This document shows, piece after piece, positions 1 to 13,215 of a stretch of 47,198 nt of DNA; position 1 is the stretch's first letter, and each line of letters opens with the position of its first letter. The DNA comes from Nemertoderma westbladi. Its lineage: Eukaryota; Animalia; Xenacoelomorpha. Below the pieces are notes generated by a model, which was not told the DNA's origin, did no database searches, and saw only the letters and a program-made list of their open reading frames with translations. A program made the position numbers and the translations under genes. Location: assembly GCA_032718475.1 (NCBI GenBank), contig JAUCBJ010002733.1, positions 1 to 47,198 on the forward strand, in the 5' to 3' direction.

Positions 1-191
1 TGTAATTGTAATGCAACTCAATCCACGGTACCACAACTACAGTAACAGTATAAGGTTCTACTGCACCTGCACATTTAAACGTGGTCTAATCTCATTGGAT
101 AACGTGTTTATGGATAACAAATCCACGTTGTGTTGGTATGAGGCCGCATTCTATTGGAGCAACCGTTTTAGTTTCAGAGGTGATGACGTCA
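1..191 (+). repeat. Dispersed repeat; second copy at 14752-14948
   Basis: Near-identical direct copy, seen as the twin ORFs 11..196 and 14747..14983; probably non-coding. Confidence 0.85.
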
Positions 192-743
192 AATAATGTT
201 GCATCATCCTATCGTTAGGATGCATTGACACAGAGTATACAACACAACACATCTACAGTTCCCGTGTATACGAGTATACGCCTAGTGATTATTCCTAGAG
301 ATCTGTCTTAAATATTGTAGAAGGGCTCAAAGCCCAATCTACAGAATGAATCTCATTTTAGTTACTAAAAATAATACTTCCAATTGTCGTTCCCTTCCCC
401 ATGGATCTGCAGGTCTAAAATCTCTGCAGTAACATGATATTGTCAAAAACCCCAACCAAACAGCAGCAGGGAGGAGGGATGCGTTGTCTGGGCTCCTGAT
501 ATCGTAGCATTTACGTAATATTATGGCAAACGGTTAGCAATATGAAACGTTGTGGGTAGCCAATGACACTGAAATTTTTTCTGTTAAACTTGAGTTCAAC
601 TTTATCACAAACAAAAATAATGTTTAGTAACGAGCCTTATGTCTTACTTCCTTAAGACTAAAGAAAAAAACAAAGACTCAATAACATAATATAATAATAA
701 TAACACGGAAAATTAATCCGAATACATTTTACAAATATTTTAA

Positions 744-3700
744 CCCTATTAGTACCTGGCGGAAAAGCCAACCAACCACCAAGGCTGAATCAACCAGCCG
801 ATCGCCTCAATGGTTGGAAAGCCCACTTTGAAAAGCTCCTCAATAATGACAGGGTATTGCCTGATAACTTTATAGAAGTAAAAGTGTCTGAGTCTGTACT
901 CCCAGATATTCCCATTGGCGATATCTCCTTTGCAGAAATGAAGGCTGCTGCAAGGAGCATTAAGACCAATCGACCAAACCTGATCTAGACTTTGGTGACA
1001 CCAAATCTCTGGATGGCACATTCACAAGAATGCTACGCCGGGTTCATTGTGTCAAGTACAATGCACACATCTCCAACCAGACACTATATAACATTGGAGG
1101 TGTCTCATTGGTTCCCCCAAGCTTGACACTAGAACAAAATCGCCTCCACTTTGCAGGACATTGCTTTCGCCGTGAGTACCAACCAGTGCATAATCTTGTA
1201 CTTTGGCAGCCTCATGGAGTGTATAAGCAGGGTGGACAGCCCATGACTTTCTTGAGACGCATCTTAAAGGACACTGGCCTTGAAGATGCGGATGATCTAG
1301 CAAATGTCATGGGTGATAGTGAGTTGTGGCGGTGCAATTTTGTCGATAAACCGGCACAGCATTCTTAAAATGCAGCTGCAATGCAGCATGCCGATCCTAG
1401 TAGTTGCTGATGACTTAGGAGTACTCTCAGAAACATTAGAGGGAGCCCAACGGCTCCTCAGCTCATTAGAACATGCTGCTTCTAGTGTTGGTCTTTTTAT
1501 TAACTCCAGAAAGACCAACATTTTGACAGTTTACTTTGAAAGTCCTCAGCAAATCTCTGATCGGATGACCATAAGCTCAAAGGATGGTATGCTTGAGCAT
1601 GTGGACGACTTCTGTTACCTGGGATCATGGATCCGGAAGTCAGGTGAGGACCTTCGAATACGTAAGGGAAAGGCATGGGCAGCCTTGAATAGGCTTTCCA
1701 GGATTTGGAAGTCACCGAGAATTAATCGGAAACTTAAGGTCCGATTATTTAGAGCAGCAGTAGTTCTAGTACTCCTCTACGGGAGTCCATGCTGGGCTCT
1801 AACTGCTGAGGACACCAAATCTCTGGATGGCACATTCACAAGAATGCTACGCCGGGTTCATTGTGTCAAGTACAATGCACACATCTCCAACCAGACACTA
1901 TATAACATTGGAGGTGTCTCATTGGTTCCCCCAAGCTTGACACTAGAACAAAATCGCCTCCGCTTTGCAGGACATTGCTTTCGCCGTCAGGACCAGCCAG
2001 TGCATAATCTTGTACTTTGGCAGCCCCATGGAGTGAATAAGCATGGTGGACAGCCCATGACTTTCTTGAGACGCATCTTAAAGCACACTGGCCTTGAAGA
2101 TGCGGATGATATAGCAAATGTCATGGGTGATAGGGAGTTGTGGCGGTGCAATTTTGTTGACAAGCCGGCACAGCATTCTTAAAAATGCAGCTGCAATGCA
2201 GCATGCCGATCCTAGTAGTAGTACCTGGTTATAAAATGTTGTACAAATACCTGGGTGGTCATATTCACAACCACCCCCCACCACCACCCGCCAACCCACC
2301 CCCCATTCCATTCAATCCATTCAAAGATATTTAAAAATCATGCGAATCAGCCGGATTAAATGGCAGTTTTAATCCTCAATGTAATAATTTTTCGCAATAA
2401 TGAAAAATACGGATAGCCAGAACTTTTCATTTTGAACTCAAAACATTTAATTTACTTATACCATGCTATAAATTAAATTTTTAGGTTTTCTGGGCGCTGA
2501 TTCTAATGTAATACATTTCTAATTTGCCAGATCATTATAACTTGAATTTTTCGGCGTAATATGGAAAATTTTTTGCTAGCACTAAGTTTCGCACCCACTT
2601 CTGAACAATACAAGTTTAAGATGTCCACTGCTGATTGCATTTATTCCATCAGATTCAGTTCGCTTATAAACCAGCATAACGAAAATAAAATTGAAAAAAG
2701 AATTGATAAATTTGCTTATTTTCAAATTTTGTTACTGGATCGAAAAATTTCAACAACGCACAGCCTAAAAAAATACAAGTTTGAAAACTCTTATGCAATT
2801 TGTACTTATTCCATTGTATTCAGAACCCTCACAAACCCGTATAACGAAATAAAAAAGGTGACACAATCAATTGATAAATTGGATTGTATGCAAAATTTCG
2901 TGCTAGCAACAAATTTGGCACCCACTTCCGAAAAATACAAGTTTGAGATGTCTAGTTAGAAAATTATTTGTACCATTCAATGCAGAACCCCCATAAACAT
3001 CTAAAATACTTGAAAAAAGTCGGCACATTCAATGTAAGTAATCGATGAATTTTTATAATTTCGTGCTGGCACCAAATTTTGCACCCAGCATCGAAAAATA
3101 CAAGTTTGATTTGTCTGGTGCAACTCGTACATATTCCATCCAATATTATATCTTATAATATTGGAAACGTTTATATTATATCCATATATAAACAGGTCCC
3201 CAAAAAACACTTATTTCGCAAAAAAAAAGGTTCACACAATTTATTTTATTTATTTATTTAAACCAGACAATTATATCATAGGGATATTACGTCCATAACT
3301 ACAGCACCCGTAATATTGTACACAAGCAGAGCACGACCCATTAAAAAGCCCAAAACAAAACACAGCACATAATATATTGTATTGTAATATAATATTAGTA
3401 AAAGATAAAATATTTAAAAAATAATCAAGAAATCTAAGGATAAAAAAAATATGCACAGCCTGTAATAATGGAGGCAGATTATATTATAAAAAATCAATTG
3501 TTTCACGTATCCGACTCGACTGAGAAGTTGCCACCGCGACACAATCAATTTACAATATTGAGATACATTCAAATTTTTGTGCTAGCACCAAATTTGTGTG
3601 CTAGCACCAAATATTTTAATTCTAGATTATTTTATATGAATTCAATCTAATTGCGAACACCAAAAAAACGGTGTAAATAAAAAATAGATATGTTATAAAT

Positions 3701-3937
3701 CATACTTCATGAAATGTACTTTTCAAAAAATTTATTTAAAAAAGTGACGAAAGTAGGGTTAAAAAATGGTGCTATAACTCGAAAACTTCCCAATATTTTT
3801 AAAATCCGTTTTCACTATTACGAAGACAATAGATTTTTAGGAGAAGTCATAAAATTTCAGACTCCCAACTACGTTTGTTTCAGAGTTATAAGGGGGGTCA
3901 TTTTGAGCCCCCCTCCACCCCCCCGTGTTTAATAGGG
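744..3937. mobile_element. Non-autonomous piggyBac-like element interrupted by an RTE insertion
   Basis: TTAA|CCCTATTA ... TAATAGGG|TTAA termini; internal sequence homologous to 6820-7505 and, inverted, to 29829-31190. Confidence 0.7.
760..2218 (+). mobile_element. Composite RTE-clade LINE remnant: pre-RT segment, nested 3' fragment, RT C-terminal part, (TAG)n tail
   Basis: 760-975 translates as WKAHFEKLLN...ISFAEMKAAARSIK. ORF 1304..2182 has ADDL, DDFCYLGS and LLYGSPCW. The 10-bp TSD TAGTACCTGG lies at 750-759 and 2219-2228. Confidence 0.9.
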
Positions 3938-4469
3938 TTAATGATTACATTACCGTTAGTCTACAGTTCCATAACTCTGTACCAATGATACCAACCCTAT
4001 TATTGGTTACGTTGGCCTAATTGAATAGGTTCCAGTTTTCTGAGATTATGGTTCTATGGGACCGCACTGGGAATAAGTCGTGCGACTTGATTAGTCAATC
4101 CTGCTGTACTAATACATTATTGGATGAAACTCTCTTAATGAAACTAAATTGGTTGGTGTAACAGAATGCCCCCCCCCCCCCCCCCCCCACCTGCTAATTT
4201 ACTAATTGGATGACACAATAAAACAAAACAAAATTAATCAGGAAAATTTCATTGTTCATTGTCGTGTAAAACTTACTGGATTTTTATTGAGTGTCAATAA
4301 GAATAGCGGCATAATAACAATATAATACTGTACGATTGCGAATCGAATAATTGAATTTAAAGTATAAAAACAAATTTAGCCAGTTATTATAATTTAATCG
4401 GTGGGTAAATATTATAAAAGTAATACTTTCAGTGTTCATAAATCACAATAAAATGTATATTAAATATAT

Positions 4470-5515
4470 ATAGTCCAGGTGCCGGAAGAGGTGCTATCTA
4501 GCTGCCTAGGATATCGAATAGGCCCTCTGACGGAGATTCAGCTGTACCGAGGACTGCGGCCGAGTACCCAACGAGTATTGCGACCGCGATGCGCTGAAGC
4601 AGGAAACGATGGGAGCGAGGATCCTGTGTCGATAAATGTATCCTCCTACCGACCTCCTTCAGGAAAACTTCCGTTGCCGGACCGGAGCGACCAAACGTTT
4701 CAAAGGCGACTGGCGTGAACAGGAAACCCTGGTCAATAAGCTCCTGATATTTCCTCATCTTGAGGGTTTCCTGGTTTTCAGCAGCACGTCCGCCAGTATG
4801 TATGCTTGTTGCCAGGTGGCTTTGGGCGAGTGGATGTACAACCGTGGTGTCCCATGTCAGCGTTTTGCCCCTGGACCAGGGGACTAGGGACATCCCGTCT
4901 ACTCGTTTGCCATCCCCTCGGCATAGAACCGGTGGTTCTAGGATGGATGGTACGTCACAGCTAGCCAGTGCCCGCTTTACGATCTCATTGATCATTGTGT
5001 GGCGAGGCAACCGGCCAGCGCTTCGTTGGCACGAGAGTCCGTGTAGGCCGTCAGCTTCAACAGCAGTGCCACACCTGGTACACTCATGGGGCTCGGTAAC
5101 CCCGCATCCGAGGCGGGTCGCGATGGAGATCCTGAACTGAGCGTCCGTTAACTTGAGGCCCAAAGCAGAACTTGGAATAGCATCGAGCCAACAACCTGCG
5201 GTTGGGTCTTCCACCGAGTTGAGCCGGGCAATATCGCGGGGTGAGGCGGAGGTGTGAAGCGAAGCAAGGTTGACTTCGTGGATTGGTGTTGTCCAAGATT
5301 TCTGGTTGGTGCTAGTTGGTGGCACTGATTCTGGTGTGACTGAGGATTTCCATAGATCCATTGCGATTTCCAATGTTTGGTCTGGGCTGCGCTGAGAAGC
5401 CGTGAAGAGTCGGCTAGAGAGTTCCTCACACATAGCCGCGGATGCCAAGAAGGCAGGTGGTGCGAGCAATGTGGCTGAACTAATACCGAGGCCTCCCATC
5501 CAGGCCGGCAGGCAA
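4470..5515 (-). mobile_element. 5'-truncated CRE-clade (RLE-type) non-LTR retrotransposon
   Basis: ORF 4498..5499: GGLGI end of RT, CCHC knuckle (CTRC...HGLSC), RH, R(V)DG...WD and FTPVAFETFG restriction-like endonuclease motifs, LQRIAVAI terminus. Confidence 0.85.
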
Positions 5516-5546
5516 TCGAATAATTTACCAACTATTTACTTGAGTG

Positions 5547-6537
5547 TTGTTGTAGGCCTATACCAGTAGATTACAGTGCGAGGGGAGTGGGAGTCGTGCG
5601 ATACGTGTTGTAGGCCTATACCAGTAGATTACAGTGCGAGGGGAGTGGGAGTCGTGCGATACGTGTTGGAGGCCTATACCAGTAGATTACAGTGCGAGGG
5701 GAGTGGGAGTCGTGCGATACGTGTTGGAGGCCTATACCAGTAGATTACAGTGCGAGGGGAGTGGGAGTCGTGCGATACGAGTTGGAGGCCTATACCAGTA
5801 GATTACAGTGCGAGGGGAGTGGGAGTCGTGCGATACGTGTTGGAGGCCTATACCAGTAGATTACAGTGCGAGGGGAGTGGGAGTCGTGCGATACGTGTTG
5901 GAGGCCTATACCAGTAGATTACAGTGCGAGGGGAGTGGGAGTCGTGCGATACGTGTTGGAGGCCTATACCAGTAGATTACAGTGCGAGGGGAGTGGGAGT
6001 CGTGCGATACGTGTTGGAGGCCTATACCAGTAGATTACAGTGCGAGGGGAGTGGGAGTCGTGCGATACGTGTTGGAGGCCTATACCAGTAGATTACAGTG
6101 CGAGGGGAGTGGGAGTCGTGCGATACGTGTTGGAGGCCTATACCAGTAGATTACAGTGCGAGGGGAGTGGGAGTCGTGCGATACGTGTTGGAGGCCTATA
6201 CCAGTAGATTACAGTGCGAGGGGAGTGGGAGTCGTGCGATACGTGTTGGAGGCCTATACCAGTAGATTACAGTGCGAGGGGAGTGGGAGTCGTGCGATAC
6301 GTGTTGGAGGCCTATACCAGTAGATTACAGTGCGAGGGGAGTGGGAGTCGTGCGATACGTGTTGGAGGCCTATACCAGTAGATTACAGTGCGAGGGGAGT
6401 GGGAGTCGTGCGATACGTGTTGGAGGCCTATACCAGTAGATTACAGTGCGAGGGGAGTGGGAGTCGTGCGATACGTGTTGTAGGCCTATACCAGTAGATT
6501 ACAGTGCGAGGGGAGTGGGAGTCGTGCGATACGAGTT
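5547..6537. repeat. 58-bp minisatellite, ~17 nearly identical copies
   Basis: Unit GTGTTGGAGGCCTATACCAGTAGATTACAGTGCGAGGGGAGTGGGAGTCGTGCGATAC, head-to-tail with no spacers. Confidence 0.97.
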
Positions 6538-6609
6538 GAGTCTAAGGTGGTTGAGGTCTTTATAGGGAATGGACTACTAAGGCATTTCTTGCATTTTTAT
6601 TGAATTTTT

Positions 6610-6716
6610 ACACCCATTCTGATTTTCAAGGATCAGTTCCTCAATGGGATCCCTGATGCGATTTAATAGAATTCTATTGTATAGCTTTGCAGCAATCGAG
6701 ATCAATGAGATTCCCG
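6610..6716 (-). mobile_element. Short LINE RT fragment
   Basis: Minus strand reads GISLISIAAKLYNRILLNRIRDPIEELILENQNG (RT subdomains 1-2, RTE-like). Confidence 0.8.
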
Positions 6717-6819
6717 AAAAAAACCATAGAGTGTTAGGTTTTCCTTTCTTGTGGGACTCTTGTTGTTCTGTACATGTCTACTATGATGGGATAAATGAGC
6801 TTTAAACACTCAGGTACTT

Positions 6820-7505
6820 AGGTAACCACCCCCCCCCCCCCCCCCCACTGCAATCTACAAATTTTAACGAAAAGTCTGAATTTTTTGTTTGTACGTTTTT
6901 TCACTCTTGAATCGATACGAAAAAAATTTCAGGAAAAATGTACTGGGGTGGTTTTTTTACAGCACCAAAATTTCAAGTAGGGAACAATTTTCGAAATATA
7001 AGAAAGTTACAATTCTCACCTAATCTGTTTTCAATATACAGTATGTTTTCAGGATCGTAGAATCCATTAAAAGAAATTAAAAAATTATTTGGTTAATATA
7101 AATGGCAGTTTTAGTCCTCTATGTAGGAAACAATTGAAAAAAAACAAGTAACCAGATCTTTTCAGTTTGAACACAGAAATTTTAATTGACTCTTCTAATT
7201 GATTACATTTCTAATGCTCCAGATCATTGTTACTCGTATTTTTTGGTGTAATATGGCGAATTTTGGTGCTGCATGAAATTTCGCACCGATCACCAAAAAA
7301 TACAAGTGTGAGATACCAGTGATGATTTTATTTATTCCATCGGATTCAGAATCCTCAACAACCTGTATAACGCAAGAAATAAGATGATACTATCTATTGA
7401 TCAATTTGCCTATTTTCTAAATTTTCTACTGGCAAAATTTTTTTCCAGCTACGTTTGTTTCAGAATTATAACAAAATTGGGGGTTATAATTGACACCCTT
7501 CCCCA
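6820..7505. mobile_element. Partial copy of the piggyBac-like non-autonomous family
   Basis: Shares blocks with 2350-2720, 3865-3910 and, reverse-complemented, 30600-31170. Confidence 0.65.
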
Positions 7506-7827
7506 ATGCTATGCGGCTGTATATTCCTTCACACCCCCAACAACTCAGTTAGTTGTAATCTCAATTAGTTAATGTAAGGTGGAAAGATGGAATCCATTAT
7601 AATAAAATCAAATTATTTCTTAAAACTAAGGCTTTACGAACAAAGATAAAGCCGCACCATTTTAGCAGAAACCGTTTTCAATAGATTTATGGGAATATTT
7701 TGTAATTATATCAAATTATTTTTTACATTACACACATCCGTATTAACTAAACATACTTACCGTAAACCCCTCCAGCTAGCTATGCCACTACGTACGGTAG
7801 CCTAAATGAGTAGGCCTAAGTTTCCCC

Positions 7828-9003
7828 TCACTCACTCTTACAGTACCAGATCTAGTGCTTCAAACTTCTACCTCCCGAATTGTAAATCCTTCGAATCTGA
7901 TACTTTCTTTTTTAACGGCATTAAAAATTGGAACGCTCTGCCTAATGAAATTAAAAACCTAGATAATCCACATTCTTTTAAATCTGCAGTTAAATCTCAC
8001 CTCCGTGTGCAATGTAAAAATATGTGGGGCGAGACACGTAGTCGGCGAGCCTTGGCATACGGTTCATATAGGGCAAATGGGGCATGTCCGTCTGTCTGTC
8101 TGTCTGTCCGTCCGTCTGTCTGGTAAATGTTTGAACGCGAATTTCTCGGCATCGCTCATTCGGAATTGAACCAAACTTAGTAGGTAAGTAGTAGAGAGAA
8201 AGTTTAGAAAGTTTGTAAAGTTTGGTGAAAAATCATGCAGTCTGACGTCAGCTACGACAGATTATGTGGTTTTTAGAAAATGTTAAATTTCTCGAGAAGG
8301 CCTCATTTTCCTGAGCTGAAATTTTGGTGGCCTGTAGAGAATCATGAAGTCTATCTTTTACGAAATTGAAAAGTTAAGACATTTAATTGGGGATCCGCTA
8401 GAGACTCAGAAGTAATGACATAGGCCTACCGGTACGGTACTGCTGTACAGTGCTGCACTGGTAAGTACGAAATTGCAGAATAACAATTTGACACCACCTA
8501 GCGGATTAACATATGATTGTATATCGAATGAATACATTTATAGCATGGGATATTGGGTCCAAACTAGACATGCCCCATTTGCTCTATATGAACCGTATGC
8601 CAAGGCTTGCCGACTACGTGCTGCGCGAAGTCCCCACGAACGTGTACAATAGTCCTACAGTAAGTTATTAGTTTATTAATTATTTACTATTTAAACTGTA
8701 ATTACGTTTTATAATAAATCGTTCTGTACATTACATCTTTATCGTTGAGTCGGACATTGTCACGCTCTTGGTAAAGTTGTACATGTACATAGTGCAATTA
8801 CGTTTTATATTGGTTTTAGGTTAGCGTAGTGTAATATTGTATTTGTAACCAAGTAACATAAAGGACCCCCTTGGAAATAAGCTGCAAAGCTTTAGGGGTA
8901 ATCTTATATGTTATGTTGGACAATACCTTTATACCGGTACATTGTTTGGTGTATTTGTTATTGTTTTTACATAATGTATAAATAAATCTATCTATCTATC
9001 TAT
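7828..9003 (+). mobile_element. 3' end of an L2/Crack-like LINE, interrupted by a MITE
   Basis: HSYSTRS...FFFNGIKNWNALPNEIK...SFKSAVKSHL C-terminus; 3'UTR with GGACCCC..GGAAATAAG..GGGGTAATC stem, AATAAA and (TCTA)n tail. Confidence 0.75.
8024..8637. mobile_element. MITE-like element with ~65-bp imperfect TIRs and internal (GTCY)n
   Basis: CACGTAGTCGGC.AGCCTTGGCATACGGTTCATATAG.GCAAATGGGGCATGTC at the left end; its reverse complement at 8568-8637. Confidence 0.8.
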
Positions 9004-9132
9004 AACCCCTGGCGAGTATAGTTCTGGGGACCCTCTGAAAATAAGAAGTCAGACTTTGTGCGTAATCCCAGGCCTAATGGCCGAAGAAATAAACATAACT
9101 CTAGTTCAGGTTTTAATATATATCAAAACCGG

Positions 9133-10982
9133 CAGTGCCGGATTAACCTTAAGGCATATAAGGCACGTGCCTTAGGGCCAGCCGAAAATACGGGCCATTT
9201 TTTCTCAGCGAGTCATTCTTGTGAAAAAAATATTTTTATCTGAAAAGTCCACATATTTTCTCACTAAAATTTCTAGAAAACAGAGCATGAAAGTGCATCT
9301 TTCGACTACTTTCTATCCCTAAATTTCTGATAGAAAGTGCAAAATTCTAGCTCAATCGACCGACAGGTGCTTGTGTTATTAGTTCAAGACCTGATGGCAG
9401 GGAAATAATAAAACATGGGCAGTAAAACTTTAAAGTGCTAATTATGAACAATGGAGAATTTTATTTTATTTATTTGTAGTTATGCTCTTAAACTTTCTGG
9501 TACAACCAAATAATGACGTGGTGACATACTGGAAATACTGTTCATAGTAAATGTATGGCGTGGAGATATGGTAGTCGAAATTAATTGTTTTTTACCGGAA
9601 ACGAGTTTTATAAATAAAGGCCCTAATAGATAAAAAAAATGATTAATTAATTGTAGATAGAATAGTTGGCGATAAAAAAAACGTGTCAGAAATAACTTCT
9701 TGACACTAATTCAATTTAACCGAAATTCAGATGTTCTGCCCTCGTGTATTGAATTTTGCATTCGATGGCCTTTTAGGTGCAATTCCTGAAAAACCTAAAA
9801 GCATAATTGGGCATCATAATTGAATTTGGTAAATTAAAATTAGTGACAAAAAGTACTTTTTTCCAAGACTGTTTTCTATCGGAGAACATTACTTTCTCAG
9901 CAAGTCCAAATCTAGATCAGAAATATTATATCTTTGCACAAAGCCCACACTTTTGGTCTGTTATATTTCTCAGCAAGTCCTGTAAAGATAAGTAGGCCTA
10001 CCGTGCAAAACCTACCCTACAGAATATAAATAACACATTCCCACGATCCGATCAAAATTGCTAAATGCCTACAGGAGCCTAGTCAGCCTTAAGGGGGCCA
10101 ACTCTAACCACCACAGAAATGAAATTTTCAAAAATTGCACAATTTTTTTTCTATTTTAATAGAAGGGCTTTCATAAGGTGATATCGGTATTCAACATTGA
10201 ATTATTTTTTGACCTCAAAACTGATCTTTTCAACAACTTATATTGCTGATATTTATGACTCTCTGTATAAAACAACCTTTTTATCAGTTGGTCGATTTTG
10301 ACTTTTTTCATCACTAAATTCCCTACTTCTATTTTATTTTTTACTCATTTGCCATCAAACATATACCAAAATGTTCAGCAGCTTTAGGACTACTATCGTT
10401 GGTTTTGTAAAACATTGCCATTTGGATCTTCTAGAGCCGATTTTGTAACAATTTTTTTGCACCTAATTTTGAAAAAACCGACCTGCTCAAAAAGTGCCAT
10501 ATTTTTCGAACAAACGGTTTATGAATCTACCTATACTCAGTTTTCATACTGTAGTATATAAAAGATCACAGATCATTGTGTTAAAGTTTCAGAATAGTAG
10601 CTTTATAAATTAAACAAATAGATTTTGGGTAATGCAGTAATGGTCCCATTAATATATTAAAAAATTAAAGCTTGAGAAATTCTACCAAAACCATTACACT
10701 TTTTATAGCAAAGGTTTTATATGCCGTTTAGTAATGTTACAATTCTTGATGAAAACTATTTTTGCAAAGTAGGCCTACTTATTATTAAAGTACTTAGTAG
10801 TTATTTGCAGTCAGTCATCCAACGAAAATACTTTATATTTCCTTCGCAACATTTTCACAATTTCAGTTGTTTTTAGCAGGTTTTTATTTTGAAAGGGTTT
10901 GCGGAAAAATATCAATTTTCGGGCCATTTTTGGAAATTACTAAAATGTGCCTTAGGGCCACCAGAGGCTTAATCCGGCACTG
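9133..10982. mobile_element. Non-autonomous hAT transposon
   Basis: 14-bp TIR CAGTGCCGGATTAA/TTAATCCGGCACTG with a perfect 8-bp TSD AAAACCGG (9125-9132, 10983-10990). Confidence 0.92.
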
Positions 10983-11240
10983 AAAACCGGAATATATTAC
11001 CAAACAAGAGGAAAGATAATACAGCACATAACAATAGGGTAAGACAGAGAGGAAATGGATACATCAGAAAATTGACGCCACAGCCACACGCCACATGATG
11101 ACTGATAGGCGTTATGATAAACATACTTACCGTAAACCCCTCCAGCTATGCCACTACAGAACGTCCCAATGCAATTTGTGGCAGTGTATTCCGTACACAA
11201 GTCAGTTAGTTGTAATGTATTGTATGTAGCTGTTTTGTGG

Positions 11241-12093
11241 GGATCTAGGACACTTCCCCCCGCCCAAGTAGGACACTTCCCCCCCGGACACTTGCCCCCC
11301 GGACACTTCCCCCCCAGACCGCCCCCAAACCCCCGCTTCTTTTCTTGGGGGCTGCCGCCCCCAAACCCCGGCATTTCCCAGTGTGCTCGTGGTGAAAGAC
11401 TTAAGACCATTTTGAAATAATTAATTCATGTTTGTATCATCAGATAATAAATTGACTAAGCCTAAAGTAGGAGCTGTGTTGAATGTTAACCAAATTAATA
11501 TATAAATTACTACAATATTATATAATTCAACAAAATCCTATTAAAAATATTGCAAGTAACCAGGAAATTTAATATGTAGTGTGTATAATATCTATATATG
11601 TCCCTGGAGAGGTATAATTTTGATTGCAACAATAATATTCATCCCCATCTGCTACAATTTGAAGAAGACTATTATATTACTGTTATGACTATTATTATAA
11701 TAATACCTATAATTAAAACAATTAATTATTATAATTCTATAGTTAATAAAAACAGTATATCATTCGGGGGATGGAATTTATAGGTCATCGAATTAATTGT
11801 TTAAAGATTAGCAAACAATACGATGTAATTGCATTGATAAAACCCATAAATAAAACTTGGATATAAAATGTAAAATCGGGATGCAAAAGATCACTTTCTG
11901 AGCTAAGAAAGCAAAATTGGATACAACTTGTCTGGAAACAAGCGGTCCGTTTACCTTACAAAATGAAAAATACGAATGTGCGAAGTTAAGAACAGTCGGG
12001 GGGGAAGTGTCCGGGGGGGAAGTGTCCGGGGGGGAAGTGTCTGGGGGGGAAGTGTCCGGGGGGAAGTGTCCGGGGGGGAAGTGTCCGAACACC
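11241..12093. mobile_element. Non-autonomous Mutator-like (MULE) element with subterminal GGACACTTCCCCCC repeats
   Basis: 9-bp TSD GTTTTGTGG (11232-11240, 12094-12102), GG...CC termini, inverted repeat arrays at both ends. Confidence 0.8.
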
Positions 12094-13215
12094 GTTTTGT
12101 GGTGGTAAAATGGAATGCTTTGCAATTAAATCAAACTATTTCCTAACCGCGGCTTTACGACAAAGTAAAAGAGCCGCTGCATTTTAGCAGAAACAGTTGT
12201 CAATGTATAATAGGAATGTATTGTAATTATATCAAATTATATTTTACATTACACACATCCGTATTAACTAAACATAATAGCCGTAAACGCAATGATGTTT
12301 TTTCCATGTATTTGTATTTGTAGGAAGTAGGAAGTTGGTGCCAAAAGAACCTAATAGAACCCAAAAGAACCACCCAAAAGAACCAAAAATCAACGAAACG
12401 AAGCCAAAAGATTCCAAGATTGGTTATGTATAATGGACTGCCACGCGTATTTAATAGAATCAAAATATATTTATTGTCAAATCTATAATATAATAACTAT
12501 TTACATCATTGTGTGCAAAGTAGCACTTTGCAGCGTTATGACCCGAGTTTATTTATGTACCGAAAGAGCGCAGCTAAGGTTTACATAAATAAACAAGGGT
12601 CTTTAACTAATGATGTATGTAATTTTGTAACGTTATGTCAACATATCAGCGTTCGGTATGTGAAGAAAGGATTTTATGGATACTCATTTACACATTTTAA
12701 TCATGTACTATTTCGAATATTAGTGAAATATATATATATATAGATATCTGTACTATACATTTATCTAATTAAAGTTTATTGTTGTTATCTCCTGAATGGA
12801 TGTCATCGATGATCCATCGTCGACTGAAGAAAACTGAGTCACCGTCTGTGTCCGTTCAGTTTTACTGAACACTGTCGCCATATTTTCTTTGTGTCGTGAG
12901 GAAACCACCTCGAGAGGCTCCCCTGATACCCACCGGACCTCAGCCTGTCGCTTTATGACGACACACATCCCTTTGACTTGCAGCACTGCAGTATGGGATG
13001 TGGGGAATTGGTCTCCATAACCCGGGTGTGTCCAAGATAGCTAATTTGTGCAGGGCATATGGAAGGCCGGAATAGGTTTTATAGTGTATTTTTTCAGAAT
13101 ACATTTTCTTATCGGTTTAAATAACCTTTTAACGTTATTTTCTGTAATTGTCCGTTTTATTTCTATTTATCTTCCATAGTACCGGTGTCTCTACTGCTCT
13201 TCTCGTAGGCAAATA

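Noticed and set aside
1304-1403. N-terminus of the 292-aa ORF as a real protein start
   Set aside because: It is the out-of-frame 3' end of the nested RTE copy fused by chance to the RT frame.
5547-6537. CRISPR array
   Set aside because: Units repeat in full with no unique spacers; no cas genes; eukaryotic context.
10997-12125. ORFs with GGKCP / DTSPP / GGEVS repeats
   Set aside because: Translations of the MULE subterminal repeats.
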